DNA from: an uncultured Alphaproteobacteria bacterium
GTDB lineage: Bacteria > Pseudomonadota > Alphaproteobacteria > Rhodobacterales > Rhodobacteraceae
Reading direction: 5' to 3'
Length of the DNA stretch: 64,000 bases
NCBI GenBank assembly: GCA_902531755.1
Contig: CACAFI010000002.1
Span: forward strand, 12,321 to 76,320
Shown here piece after piece: positions 1 to 9,765 of the stretch. A program made the translations under genes and the position numbers. How positions within the stretch are numbered: position 1 is the first letter of the stretch; each line of letters begins with the position of its first letter. The notes under the pieces were generated by a model. It was not told the origin of the DNA. It did no database searches and saw only the letters and a program-made list of their open reading frames with translations.

Positions 1-1554
1 GCTCAACTCACCAGAGACGTCCCAATAAATTGCTCTTCTACCCGCTAATCCCGCAATGAACCCTGCACTATTTATAGTGAAACAAATACTCAAATCCGCG
101 GCAAAACAACTAGGAACCATTCTTGAGTATTTTGTAGAAACAATACACCTACCACATGACATAAGTTGATTTAAATCACTGGAGATTAATTCATCTTGTT
201 TTATTTTCTCAAAAGCTGCACCTTTTGATTGAATTATAATTCCATAGTCCGACTGATTTCGTATATATTTGAATATCCATCTATAAAACAAAAGAACTTC
301 GTTAGTCGTTGAGTCAATTTCTGTATGGCTGTGTGTACTATCCAGTATTGTGAAAACAGAAGTAACTTCCGAAGGGAAATTCTTCCTAATATTCTGAGCA
401 CTTCTGATATCTGCAGGAAGGATATTTTCTCCGCATATTAATCCCGTTTGAACCATGTAATCATACTTATAATTATGGCAGTTAAAATACCCGTCATTAT
501 AATCTCCCCAGGAGAACACCAAATCTGCAAATCCTACATTAAAATAAGAAATTGGGTAGTGATCAACTGACCAATGATTCCAAATAAAAATGCCTTCCTC
601 TTTTTTAACTGCTAATGCTAAACAAAGAGGGAGTGGCCAACATTCTTGATGCTGATGAACAACCTTTACATTATATTTTTTTATTATGCTTCTGTACCAT
701 TCAACAACGAAAACCAAATAAAGTTGTATTAAATACAAAGTTAATCCATTTCCCTTGAGTGTTCCTTGCATTTTTACTCTTAAAAACATTTTGAGAAGAT
801 TAATTATACTTACCTTACTTCTAAATCTCCCATTAAGGTTCACCCATGGAAATTTATGTTTTTCAATAATCTTTACATTATCTTCTGAAAACTTATCATC
901 TTTTCTTTCAAAGTATAGAACTACCCGACCTCCGTCCAATCCTGTAGAAGGATACCAAAAAAGGTGCCCCGCATGAGGGTATCTACTGAAAATATTTGAT
1001 ATATACAGAGCAAATATTTTACTTCTTTTATCATTAGCACCAATGTTTGTACTTTGTGGAAATATATGTGTATAGCCCAACAAGAGATCAAAAATTGCTT
1101 TGGCAACCAATAAGAATGGTAGAAAAACTTCCATTAAATTTATCGTTCGTGATACCGTCAAATGTTTCACTTTTGGCATATTTGAAAGCCAAATCTTAAA
1201 AATAGGGAAAGTATCGAGATAAATTGTTACCTTTTTCTGGACAGGCATACTATTTACGAAATTTCTCATTAAAAAATATAAATCTGTTTTATGTCTTATT
1301 CTCGTTAGGTACCAAGAATGGATAATTCTGCTCCAGAAGTCCTCTTTCTCAAAATAACCATTTATTTTAAGTTCCTTATCAGAAAGATACGACTTTACTA
1401 ATTGCCAGTTCAGTTCTTCCGTTGTGTAACGAATAGCCGAACCAGTTTCATCTACTCTATTGATAGATCCTAGATCGATTTGCTCCAAAAGACTTGAGCA
1501 TAAGCCAAAAGAGTTCAGAAGTTTTCTAGCAAGTGTAGAACTGTAAATGTACAT
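1..1554 (-). CDS. Hypothetical polysaccharide-island protein, 3' end beyond window (possible GT-B/capsule-synthesis-like enzyme)
   Basis: Absent from the supplied ORF track because it has no stop inside the window. I reverse-complemented and translated 1554->1 codon by codon. ATG at 1554..1552 (MYIYSSTLARKLLNSF...) stays open for 518 codons (...RYPHAGHLFWYPSTGLDGGRVVLYFERK...FSWGDYNDGYFNCHNYKYDYMVQTG...FIAGLAGRRAIYWDVSGELS). No diagnostic motif recognised. Confidence 0.55.
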   Translation of the reverse strand, partial: MYIYSSTLARKLLNSFGLCSSLLEQIDLGSINRVDETGSAIRYTTEELNWQLVKSYLSDKELKINGYFEKEDFWSRIIHSWYLTRIRHKTDLYFLMRNFVNSMPVQKKVTIYLDTFPIFKIWLSNMPKVKHLTVSRTINLMEVFLPFLLVAKAIFDLLLGYTHIFPQSTNIGANDKRSKIFALYISNIFSRYPHAGHLFWYPSTGLDGGRVVLYFERKDDKFSEDNVKIIEKHKFPWVNLNGRFRSKVSIINLLKMFLRVKMQGTLKGNGLTLYLIQLYLVFVVEWYRSIIKKYNVKVVHQHQECWPLPLCLALAVKKEEGIFIWNHWSVDHYPISYFNVGFADLVFSWGDYNDGYFNCHNYKYDYMVQTGLICGENILPADIRSAQNIRKNFPSEVTSVFTILDSTHSHTEIDSTTNEVLLFYRWIFKYIRNQSDYGIIIQSKGAAFEKIKQDELISSDLNQLMSCGRCIVSTKYSRMVPSCFAADLSICFTINSAGFIAGLAGRRAIYWDVSGELS

Positions 1555-1661
1555 AATTTGCAAATTGGGGTCCTTAAACTTAAAGAAAAAAACAAAAAGC
1601 AAGCGCCAGAGATTTATTTTCTCCCAAATTAAAATATCTCTGTACTTTTTTTTAGACAAAG

Positions 1662-4331
1662 CTAAAGAGCTAATTTTGGAATTGGAGCTATCGCCGGGGA
1701 CAAACCCCTCTCAACCAACATATCGCAGACGTTGAGTAAAAAATAATCTCTATACCTAGCAGAGATAACTTGCACTCCTAAGGGAAGGTCATCAGGTCCA
1801 AGAAAAGCGGGCAAATTTACACTTGGGACATAGCAAAGAGACCAAATTAAACTAGGGTCTATTTTTTCTCGAATGTTAGGCCCTTTCTGAGCAATCTCTG
1901 CTGTTGAGTTAGATACCATAATGTCATACTGAAATAACAGCTTATTTAATATTGCAGCGAGGTTAGCTTGCTTACCTAGTGCCGTTCGGTATTGATCGGC
2001 ACTTATCTGGTTCCCTCGATCTATCATTGCTCTTGTAGTATCACTAATTAGTTTACTTTGATTTTTATGCTCTGCCTTAAAATAGTACGAGATGGATTTA
2101 TCATAGATAATTGAATGTATCAAATGCGCTTCTTCAAATTCGCTTGGCAACCTTATTTCTTCTACATTATGCCCAAGAAAAGAACATTTATTCACAAAGT
2201 TTTGTAGCTTATTTTTGGTATAATCAGCCATTTCATTCCAGGCATGTGTTACTGGAACAGCTATTTTTAGAGAATTTTTCTTTAACATTTGATTGGTTTT
2301 ATTTTCTAAATAACGATTAACAAAAGGATAATTTTTTCCTCTTACTCTTATCGTATCTAAAGCCATTCTTAAATCATTTACTTCTAATCCCATAAATGTA
2401 ATGTGATCCAAAGTATCTGCGGTCTTAAGCACTCCTGTTCTTGGGATTATACCAAATGAAGGCTTCATACCGTATATTCCAACATAACTCGAGGGTCTAA
2501 TAGTCGAGCCTGCTGTCTGTGAACCCAAAGATACCGGCGCCATTCGAGTGGCAACTGCAACTGCAGAACCACTAGAGGATGTTCCAGGTGAACGAGTTAG
2601 ATCATAAGGATTTTTAGTTAAACCAGGGTGATCTATTGCAAATTCTGCGGTCACAGTTTTACCTAAAATGATTGACCCCTCAAGCCTCAGTTTATTTACA
2701 CATCTGGCATCATTACCTGGACAAAATCCTTTCCAAGATTTACTACCCATCTGAGTTGGATAATCTGCAGTATTGAATATATCTTTAATTGCAAATGGAA
2801 GACCACTGATATCACCTGTAAATTTATTTCGCATATTTGCATAATCAAGAAGTTTGGCTTGTAATAACGAATTTTCGAAATCATACTCAACCCATGCATT
2901 TACAGACTCTTCAACTTTTTTGTATTGTGAGTAATACGATCTTACAAGAGCTTCGATCGATATGGTTTTGCTATTAATTTTCTTTACAATCTGTGTAGCT
3001 GTTAGTTCATGAAGTTTCTGGGAACCATCGTTTTCTTGATATTTTCTACTGTCATAGTTTCTCAAAATCTTTTTTGCTTCGTGGTTCATCAAACCAAAGT
3101 TTGGAAAAACTCTAGGTGCTTGAAGGCCTAAATGTCTTCTATTTTCACGATTTATTGGAGACTTAGGATCAAGTATTTTTTGAATGGAATCATTCACGGG
3201 ACGATCCGAATCTATTGTCATATCGTCGGTAGCAGGTAAATTTCTTTTTGCGGCATCTTCTCTTTGAGCTTCCAAAACAGCTATAAATTTATCTTCCGTT
3301 ATCCCTGTTATTTTAGAATAATAACTCAAAATCTTTGGCTTAACGGGGTCTGTCTGTTTTTGAATTTCATTAGCCTCTTCAACAGTCATTAGTCCTGCTC
3401 TTACATCTTGCATGGCAAAATCTGTCCCTCTACCAAAACCTCTTTTTATATATTTTGCATAATCATGTACTCCAGGCATGATGCACTCAACACTCTTATA
3501 TTGTTTATAGGTTCCCTCAACATCCTCTTCTTTCCAATCTAAATAGTCTCTAACAAACTCCGTTTGCCTTTCAGCATCCCAAAAAATAAAATCTCCTAGA
3601 AAAATTCTTTTAAGCCCAACTGCCTCTATTTCCTCTTTTGTAGGAGACTTAAAAGGTGCTAGATCTTTTTTTGATATATCTGCACAAAGCATCTCTTCTG
3701 GTTTAACTTTAGCCGACATTTGCAAAAAATAATCTATTGAGAAATCTGGGTTGTCCAAGTAGGTAGCTTTACCCGAATTTTCAGCAACTGACTCACCATA
3801 GATCAATAAAGGTATTTTAAACTTACAAGCAATATTTAATGGGAAAGCCTCAACCCCAGTGTGGCAATGCCAGCAAGCATCACCTATTTTATACAATGAC
3901 TCCCTTGCTAACTTATTAACAAGGCCTCGTTTTGGAGTAAATTCTAGATGATCAACATTTGTCTTTTCTAAGATATTTTGAAGGTTGTATCTTCCCGTTT
4001 CTGTAAACCAATTATGACTAAAGGTTACCGCTAAAGGTTTTAGGTCATAGATCTCCGTGAGAAGATATAACTGAAAAGCGCTATCTTTCCCTCCAGAGAT
4101 CGGAACTATACAGTCGTAATTATCGCCAGCATAAGTTTTATATTTATCTAATATTTTTCTTAGGTTTTTTTCACGGGTATCCCATGAGATCTTCATCTTC
4201 TGTTCTGAGGACCTGCAAGCCTTACACAAACCAAGCTTATCAAAATCAATATTCTCACTAGTTTCGGGATAACCACACCTTACACAAGTTATCATACCTT
4301 TAAACATTTGATCCTCTACTTCCATAATCAA
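1662..4331 (-). CDS. Fusion protein: N-acetyl-sugar amidotransferase (PP-loop ATPase, WbpG/PseA-like) + amidase-signature (GatA-like) domain
   Basis: The N-terminus has a Zn-ribbon (CVRCGYP...CKAC) and a PP-loop (VPISGGKDSAF), typical of the LPS N-acetyl sugar amidotransferase family. The C-terminal ~480 aa carry the amidase signature (AIKDIF..., PGTSSSGSAVAVA...GSQTAGSTIRPSSYVGIYGMKPSFG). The ORF start is TTG at 4331, overlapping the upstream TGA; ATG at 4325 is an equally plausible start. Confidence 0.85.
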   Translation of the reverse strand: MIMEVEDQMFKGMITCVRCGYPETSENIDFDKLGLCKACRSSEQKMKISWDTREKNLRKILDKYKTYAGDNYDCIVPISGGKDSAFQLYLLTEIYDLKPLAVTFSHNWFTETGRYNLQNILEKTNVDHLEFTPKRGLVNKLARESLYKIGDACWHCHTGVEAFPLNIACKFKIPLLIYGESVAENSGKATYLDNPDFSIDYFLQMSAKVKPEEMLCADISKKDLAPFKSPTKEEIEAVGLKRIFLGDFIFWDAERQTEFVRDYLDWKEEDVEGTYKQYKSVECIMPGVHDYAKYIKRGFGRGTDFAMQDVRAGLMTVEEANEIQKQTDPVKPKILSYYSKITGITEDKFIAVLEAQREDAAKRNLPATDDMTIDSDRPVNDSIQKILDPKSPINRENRRHLGLQAPRVFPNFGLMNHEAKKILRNYDSRKYQENDGSQKLHELTATQIVKKINSKTISIEALVRSYYSQYKKVEESVNAWVEYDFENSLLQAKLLDYANMRNKFTGDISGLPFAIKDIFNTADYPTQMGSKSWKGFCPGNDARCVNKLRLEGSIILGKTVTAEFAIDHPGLTKNPYDLTRSPGTSSSGSAVAVATRMAPVSLGSQTAGSTIRPSSYVGIYGMKPSFGIIPRTGVLKTADTLDHITFMGLEVNDLRMALDTIRVRGKNYPFVNRYLENKTNQMLKKNSLKIAVPVTHAWNEMADYTKNKLQNFVNKCSFLGHNVEEIRLPSEFEEAHLIHSIIYDKSISYYFKAEHKNQSKLISDTTRAMIDRGNQISADQYRTALGKQANLAAILNKLLFQYDIMVSNSTAEIAQKGPNIREKIDPSLIWSLCYVPSVNLPAFLGPDDLPLGVQVISARYRDYFLLNVCDMLVERGLSPAIAPIPKLAL

Positions 4332-5032
4332 CTAATCCTTTTCGCGATGGCTTCAGCAACCTCAAAATCCAATGGTGTATCGATATTGACTTGAAACTCA
4401 TCGTTAATAATCAGGAAACCACAACTATCTGGATTCACTAACTGCCTATTTTTCTGAAGAAGCGCTGTCTTCGTTACATAAACTGAACCGTTGGGTTTAT
4501 AAATACTAGGGAACTCTTGTCGTTCCATATTGAAAACATTAGAGGATTTTTCATACTCAAAAACTGTACATAATTTTTTTTTGTCTAATTTAAACATCCA
4601 CCAAGGAGGATATTCCTGCTTTGTTATTGTAATTAAACTGTCAAACTTATCCGAAGTAAACTTTTTGATGGCTTTATCAATATGTTCAGCTTGCCTAAAA
4701 GGAACAGTGGGTTGCAGCAACACTATAATATCGTAAATTATACCATCAATTTTCTCTATCTCCTTAATAGCATGCATAAGTATTTCTGGCGTATGGGTTT
4801 TATCACCTGCTAATTCTTTTGGGCGTTCGAAAGGAACATCGACGCCAAAACTTTTACCAACTTCTGCTATTTTTTTATCTTCAGTGGAAAGAATAAGTCG
4901 GTCTATAAGCCTACTTTTTTTTGCCTCAATAATAGTCCAGGCCAGCAGAGGCTTTCCCGACAACATCTTCGTGTTTTTTTGTGGCACACCCTTTGATCCT
5001 GCTCTAGCTGGTATTACTCCAAGTATTTTCAA
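4328..5032 (-). CDS. Acylneuraminate (nonulosonate) cytidylyltransferase, CMP-NulO synthetase family
   Basis: N-terminal MKILGVIPARAGSKGVPQKN is the CTP_transf_3 (NeuA/PseF/LegF) signature. Size is 234 aa. Confidence 0.85.
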   Translation of the reverse strand: MKILGVIPARAGSKGVPQKNTKMLSGKPLLAWTIIEAKKSRLIDRLILSTEDKKIAEVGKSFGVDVPFERPKELAGDKTHTPEILMHAIKEIEKIDGIIYDIIVLLQPTVPFRQAEHIDKAIKKFTSDKFDSLITITKQEYPPWWMFKLDKKKLCTVFEYEKSSNVFNMERQEFPSIYKPNGSVYVTKTALLQKNRQLVNPDSCGFLIINDEFQVNIDTPLDFEVAEAIAKRIS

Positions 5033-5125
5033 TCCCGATCCTTTATTTTGACAGCTTGTGTAAAAATCAAAGTTAGTTTTTTATGCAAAAGTGACTTTAG
5101 TGCTACTACAAATATGAGTTTACTT

Positions 5126-6148
5126 TCAAGAGTTAATTGACACTACTGTTTTGTTATCAGATGACCTAACCAAAGCATCTAGTATCCTATAAGACTCCAA
5201 CCCGTGTTTAGCTGAAAGTGGATGTTCTAAACCATCATATTCAGCATCTGCCAATTCTTCGGCAATTTTTGTGAAAAGTGTTTTATTATTTCTAGGTTTA
5301 AAAATTTTCTTTTTATCTAAACTATACGATAGAGTTGAGGTAGATGGGGTTTTCGTTTTAAATAACTCGAGCACATTTCCGTTATCAGATACCCTTATTT
5401 TTCCCTTTCGGCATAAAATCTCCATTTCAAAGTAGGTGAATGCTGTTAGTGCCGTATTTATAAAATTACCAATAATTCCGTTTTTAAATGCAATTTGAGC
5501 ATTGACTCTGGGATCCTCAATTGTGTAGTTATCTGAGTATGGTAGACTTTGCACTGTTTCTTCCTCTAATGTGGCTTTAACCCAATCGACATCACCGAAG
5601 ATTTTTCTTAAAAGGTCTATCATATGAATCCCAACTGCATGAAGTCCAGAACTACACCAAGCATTTACAGTTATTGCATCTCCTTCCAAATCACTTTGAA
5701 AAATCTTTTCCAATTTCATGTATATTTCAGTTAGGCGCCTGTTATTGATATAAAATAACACTTCGTTTTCTCTACAAACTCTTACCATCTCTTCCGCACT
5801 TTGTAATGAATTTGCAATAGGCTTTTCGCAAAAAATCATTTTTGGTCTATTTATATGCTGAGCAACAGTTTGCACTATTTCGCTATTGAATTCATAAGGC
5901 ACTGCTATTGAAACCAATTCTGGTTTTATGTCTGATAGAGCTTTCCCAATATCTTGGTATCTTCCTTTTATTCCAAATTTATTTGCAAATGTCTCAGAAG
6001 CTTCTTGTTGGATATCATACACGCCTTTTACATCAAATGCTGGATTTGATAAATAGGCTCCAATGTGGGAACAAGGTTTCTTTCTAAATGGGTCATCCTC
6101 ATTTAACCCAGCAATTCTGCCGCATCCGATTATCAAAACATTTTTCAT
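5126..6148 (-). CDS. Gfo/Idh/MocA family NAD(P)-dependent oxidoreductase
   Basis: Rossmann N-terminus MKNVLIIGCGRIAG and an internal EKP motif (FCEKPIA). ATGA overlap with the upstream GNAT gene. Confidence 0.8.
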   Translation of the reverse strand: MKNVLIIGCGRIAGLNEDDPFRKKPCSHIGAYLSNPAFDVKGVYDIQQEASETFANKFGIKGRYQDIGKALSDIKPELVSIAVPYEFNSEIVQTVAQHINRPKMIFCEKPIANSLQSAEEMVRVCRENEVLFYINNRRLTEIYMKLEKIFQSDLEGDAITVNAWCSSGLHAVGIHMIDLLRKIFGDVDWVKATLEEETVQSLPYSDNYTIEDPRVNAQIAFKNGIIGNFINTALTAFTYFEMEILCRKGKIRVSDNGNVLELFKTKTPSTSTLSYSLDKKKIFKPRNNKTLFTKIAEELADAEYDGLEHPLSAKHGLESYRILDALVRSSDNKTVVSINS

Positions 6149-6729
6149 AAGTTTCTTTTAGCTTTAACTTGTTTCCAATTAAATTTTGTCAACTGCAATA
6201 GATACCTATCGAAGAAGTCCCCATTCTTAGTCACATCTTTTCTAAGAAACGTTTTTTCTTTGAAGCCACATTTTTCTGCTATTTTCAAAGATGGTAAGTT
6301 TTCTCTAAAAATTTTTGTATGTATTTTTTTCAACTTTAAGTCATTAAAGGCGTAATCTGTTAAGAGAAACCATGCTTCAGTTCCCATCCCTCGACCCCAA
6401 TAATCTTCTTCCCCTATAATGATCCCAAACTGTGCAGAACCTTTAGCCCAATCTATTTTGTGTAGCGCTGTAGTCCCTACATGGGAGCTACTTTTTATGT
6501 CGCAAATTGCTAAAGCTATATCAGTTTTGGAGGAATTTATTTCTTCAAAGAATGCAACTTGTTTAGCAGCAGTATTTTCTGAATCGCCTTTCGCCATATA
6601 CTTAGTGACATTTTTGTTGTTGAGCCATCGCCACCAATTTCCTACAGCATCTTTTTTTTTCAGCGATCGTAAAAAAACTTTTTTTCCTAAAATATAAATA
6701 TCAGTCTTGGTATGAGGCTCATTTTTCAT
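6145..6729 (-). CDS. GNAT family N-acetyltransferase (RimJ/RimL-like; possible PseH-type sugar N-acetyltransferase)
   Basis: GNAT core WGRGMGTEA...LKKIHTKIFRENLPSLKIAEKCGFKE. Size is 194 aa. Confidence 0.75.
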   Translation of the reverse strand: MKNEPHTKTDIYILGKKVFLRSLKKKDAVGNWWRWLNNKNVTKYMAKGDSENTAAKQVAFFEEINSSKTDIALAICDIKSSSHVGTTALHKIDWAKGSAQFGIIIGEEDYWGRGMGTEAWFLLTDYAFNDLKLKKIHTKIFRENLPSLKIAEKCGFKEKTFLRKDVTKNGDFFDRYLLQLTKFNWKQVKAKRNL

Positions 6730-8589
6730 TTAGGTGTCTATCAACTCTCTAAACCATAATTCCAAATTTAAATACTGAAAAATGTGGAAACTTGTTATTG
6801 GGTTTTCTTGATCACAAAATTTATTATATTCTTTAATCACTTCTTTTTGATTAAAGATACCCCTTTGTCCAAATGACTTTGATGAAAAAATGTCATTGAC
6901 CCAGCCCTTTAGTTCACTTTTCAACCAACTTCTTTGAGGATCAACCACACTTCGTTTTGGTCGTTGTAAAATTTCTTTGGGAAGTAGTTCTTCACTTGCT
7001 TTACGCATAAAATAGCGCTGTTGATTATTAAAAACCCTCGCTTCCTCTGAAGTGCAAAAAGAAAATTCGACTATTCTATGGTCAAGAATTGGCACTCTAG
7101 TTTCTCGTCCAACAGCCATGGAACCTCTATCTGCATATCTCAGCACTCTTGGAAGATTATGATAAAATAAATCAATGTATTGAGCGTTAAGCAAATGAGA
7201 ATCAAATGGACGTGGAAACGTCACTCGCTTAGGTACTTCATAACTATTAAAATACTTACTGAAGCATTTTCTTTTAATAAAAGATATTCCGTCCTGCGTT
7301 GAGGAACCAATTCTTGTAATAGCACCAATAACATTGAAAAGTTTTTTTAATCTATCCTTCTCATCAATTTGATATAAGTCCATGTATTTAAGCATGCTAT
7401 CAAAAGCAGGACCAGTTCCTTCTCTCATTATAACATCCATTAGATTTGCCATAAGATAATATTCAAATCCTGCCCCAACATGGTCACCGCCATGCCCCTC
7501 TAACACAACTGTAGATCCGGAAGGTGCATATTCTTCATAAAGTTTATGAGCAGCGAGAACTCTAAGTGAAGTCACAGGCATTTCTTCATTAAACAAAACT
7601 TTACTAAATAAATCTGGTACTTCAGAAGAACTTAGTTTAGATACTTTCTGCTCTAATCCCAACCATTGAGCGACCTCTGACGCATAATCTGCTTCCCCAG
7701 CTTCACCCGTTTCAAAATCATAAGTATACGCCTCAAGACCTTGGACTGAATTGTTTTTTACCAATTGGGCAGCCAATATTGACGAGTCGATACCTCCACT
7801 CAAGAAAACTCCAACAGGAACGTCACTTCTCACTCTCAATTTTATTGAGTCCTCTAAAAGATTTTTATACGCTTCGATTGCTTCTACTGTGTTTATTTTA
7901 TCTCGTTCTTTTACTATCGTAATTAAGTCCCAATATTTATTTAGTGTTCTATTTCCGTAAAAGTCAATTTCCATGTAATGCCCTGGAACCAGGCTCATAA
8001 TACCATCAAAAAAGGTTTGGTCCGAATGATCAATCAAGCCCCACTGAAGAAAATCTGATATAACGCTATAATTTGGTTTTTTTGGGTAATTGGCAGAAAA
8101 TAATGCCTTGATTTCTGAGGCAAAATAAAAACGCCCTTCATTATATCCAAAATACAACGGCTTAATTCCTATCCTGTCTCTTGCTAGAAACAAAACTCGT
8201 TTTTTCTTATCCCAAATAGCAAAAGCGAACATTCCATTAAATAACTTTAAACAGTTACTTCCATGCTCGATATAAGCATGTAACATCGTTTCTGTATCAG
8301 TTTGAGAAATCCAGTTTTTATTCTTAAGTTTTTTTCTGATTTCCGGCCAATTATAAATTTCTCCATTAAATGTTATGACATAATTTTTATCAGGCGATAC
8401 CATGGGTTGGTTTCCAGCTTTAGTCAAATCGAAGATCGATAGTCTTCGATGGCCTAATGCAATGACATCATCAGAATATGTCCCCTGACCATTAGGTCCC
8501 CTGTGTGCCATACTTTCAACCATAGATTTTACTCGCCATTCATCTACGGGCCTGGACTTGAAATCGAATATTCCTGCAATACCACACAT
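6730..8589 (-). CDS. Asparagine synthase (glutamine-hydrolysing) family amidotransferase, AsnB/WbpS-like
   Basis: N-terminal nucleophile MCGIAGIF and PP-loop FLSGGIDSS. Size is 619 aa. Confidence 0.85.
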   Translation of the reverse strand: MCGIAGIFDFKSRPVDEWRVKSMVESMAHRGPNGQGTYSDDVIALGHRRLSIFDLTKAGNQPMVSPDKNYVITFNGEIYNWPEIRKKLKNKNWISQTDTETMLHAYIEHGSNCLKLFNGMFAFAIWDKKKRVLFLARDRIGIKPLYFGYNEGRFYFASEIKALFSANYPKKPNYSVISDFLQWGLIDHSDQTFFDGIMSLVPGHYMEIDFYGNRTLNKYWDLITIVKERDKINTVEAIEAYKNLLEDSIKLRVRSDVPVGVFLSGGIDSSILAAQLVKNNSVQGLEAYTYDFETGEAGEADYASEVAQWLGLEQKVSKLSSSEVPDLFSKVLFNEEMPVTSLRVLAAHKLYEEYAPSGSTVVLEGHGGDHVGAGFEYYLMANLMDVIMREGTGPAFDSMLKYMDLYQIDEKDRLKKLFNVIGAITRIGSSTQDGISFIKRKCFSKYFNSYEVPKRVTFPRPFDSHLLNAQYIDLFYHNLPRVLRYADRGSMAVGRETRVPILDHRIVEFSFCTSEEARVFNNQQRYFMRKASEELLPKEILQRPKRSVVDPQRSWLKSELKGWVNDIFSSKSFGQRGIFNQKEVIKEYNKFCDQENPITSFHIFQYLNLELWFRELIDT

Positions 8590-8652
8590 TTAAGTAACTC
8601 GTTCTAGAAAGTTGTAGACTAAAAATATTAAGAAAACTGAAGACTGCATTGC

Positions 8653-9699
8653 TTACTTGGTTGCTAAAACTCTTATGCCGCCATCACCAAACTTCAATTT
8701 TACGTCTTTATCATCTGGAAACATACTAACGTCAATATCGAATAATTCTGAGCTCTTCATAACCTGTATGTTATTGAAGCCCATATTTCTAAGACGTCTT
8801 TCATTTTCTTCAAATGATATAAAGTGATATTTTGCGTAAAAAATATCCATCCACAAATGTATATCAGGAATATTCAATTTTTTTATAATTTCAAAAGTAT
8901 CCCGGAAAGGAATGCCCACAAATGATTTCTGAATAATATCCCAAACGTCATGATAAATACCGCCACTTCCTTCTACATATAGCCAAAACTTCCCTCCAGG
9001 CTTTAAAACCCTGTATATTTCTTGAAGAGCTTTTCCAGGATTATCTAGATGATGAAGAACGCCATTACACGTTGCAAAATCAAAATACTCCTCCGTGAAA
9101 CTTAAATTATAAGCGTTTTGAACCGAAAAATTGGTATCTTTTATTTTCATTTCGACTGCCAATTTTTTAGCAAACTCAATGGATTTCTGTCCGGGGTCAA
9201 TACCCCAAACTTTTGCCCCAAGGCTTGCCATACAAAAACTAAACCTACCTGTACCACAACCAATATCAATACACTTTTTTCCAGTGAAAAACTTTCTATC
9301 CAGATTGTTGAGTTTTAGCCTTCCTTTTATCACATCGATCCATTTTTTATAATTATTTAAAGGATCTGATAACGTTAGCGTTCTCCAAGTATCGTTAAAA
9401 AGCTCGATATGCAGGTCATCTCGTGCGTCTCCCTCTTTTTGGGCACTAAAATTTTCAGTTTCGGAGTCATTCAAGTGTATAGACGCGATAAAGTGGTTCA
9501 TGATATCTAAATAAGAATTTTGTCTATCAAATATTTTTTTTATGTAGATGTTAGGGTCCGAGTTGGTAAAAATGTTATTATCTATTTCACGTTGTAAAGA
9601 TATCGTAGAAATTATGCGTACTGCTAGTGAAAGCCCTGACTTTTTAAAGGTTCTTAACTTTTCTTCATAAGTTTCTATATATTTTTTCGTATCTACCAT
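8653..9699 (-). CDS. Class I SAM-dependent methyltransferase with ~150-aa N-terminal extension
   Basis: Motif I CIDIGCGTGRFS and post-I/II regions (VLHHLDNPGKALQEIYRVLKPGG). Confidence 0.8.
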   Translation of the reverse strand: MVDTKKYIETYEEKLRTFKKSGLSLAVRIISTISLQREIDNNIFTNSDPNIYIKKIFDRQNSYLDIMNHFIASIHLNDSETENFSAQKEGDARDDLHIELFNDTWRTLTLSDPLNNYKKWIDVIKGRLKLNNLDRKFFTGKKCIDIGCGTGRFSFCMASLGAKVWGIDPGQKSIEFAKKLAVEMKIKDTNFSVQNAYNLSFTEEYFDFATCNGVLHHLDNPGKALQEIYRVLKPGGKFWLYVEGSGGIYHDVWDIIQKSFVGIPFRDTFEIIKKLNIPDIHLWMDIFYAKYHFISFEENERRLRNMGFNNIQVMKSSELFDIDVSMFPDDKDVKLKFGDGGIRVLATK

Positions 9700-9765
9700 T
9701 TTTCTAAACTACACTCTTATCTTAATTATTTAAATATCTGATTTATCTCTCCGTCAAAATAAGAA

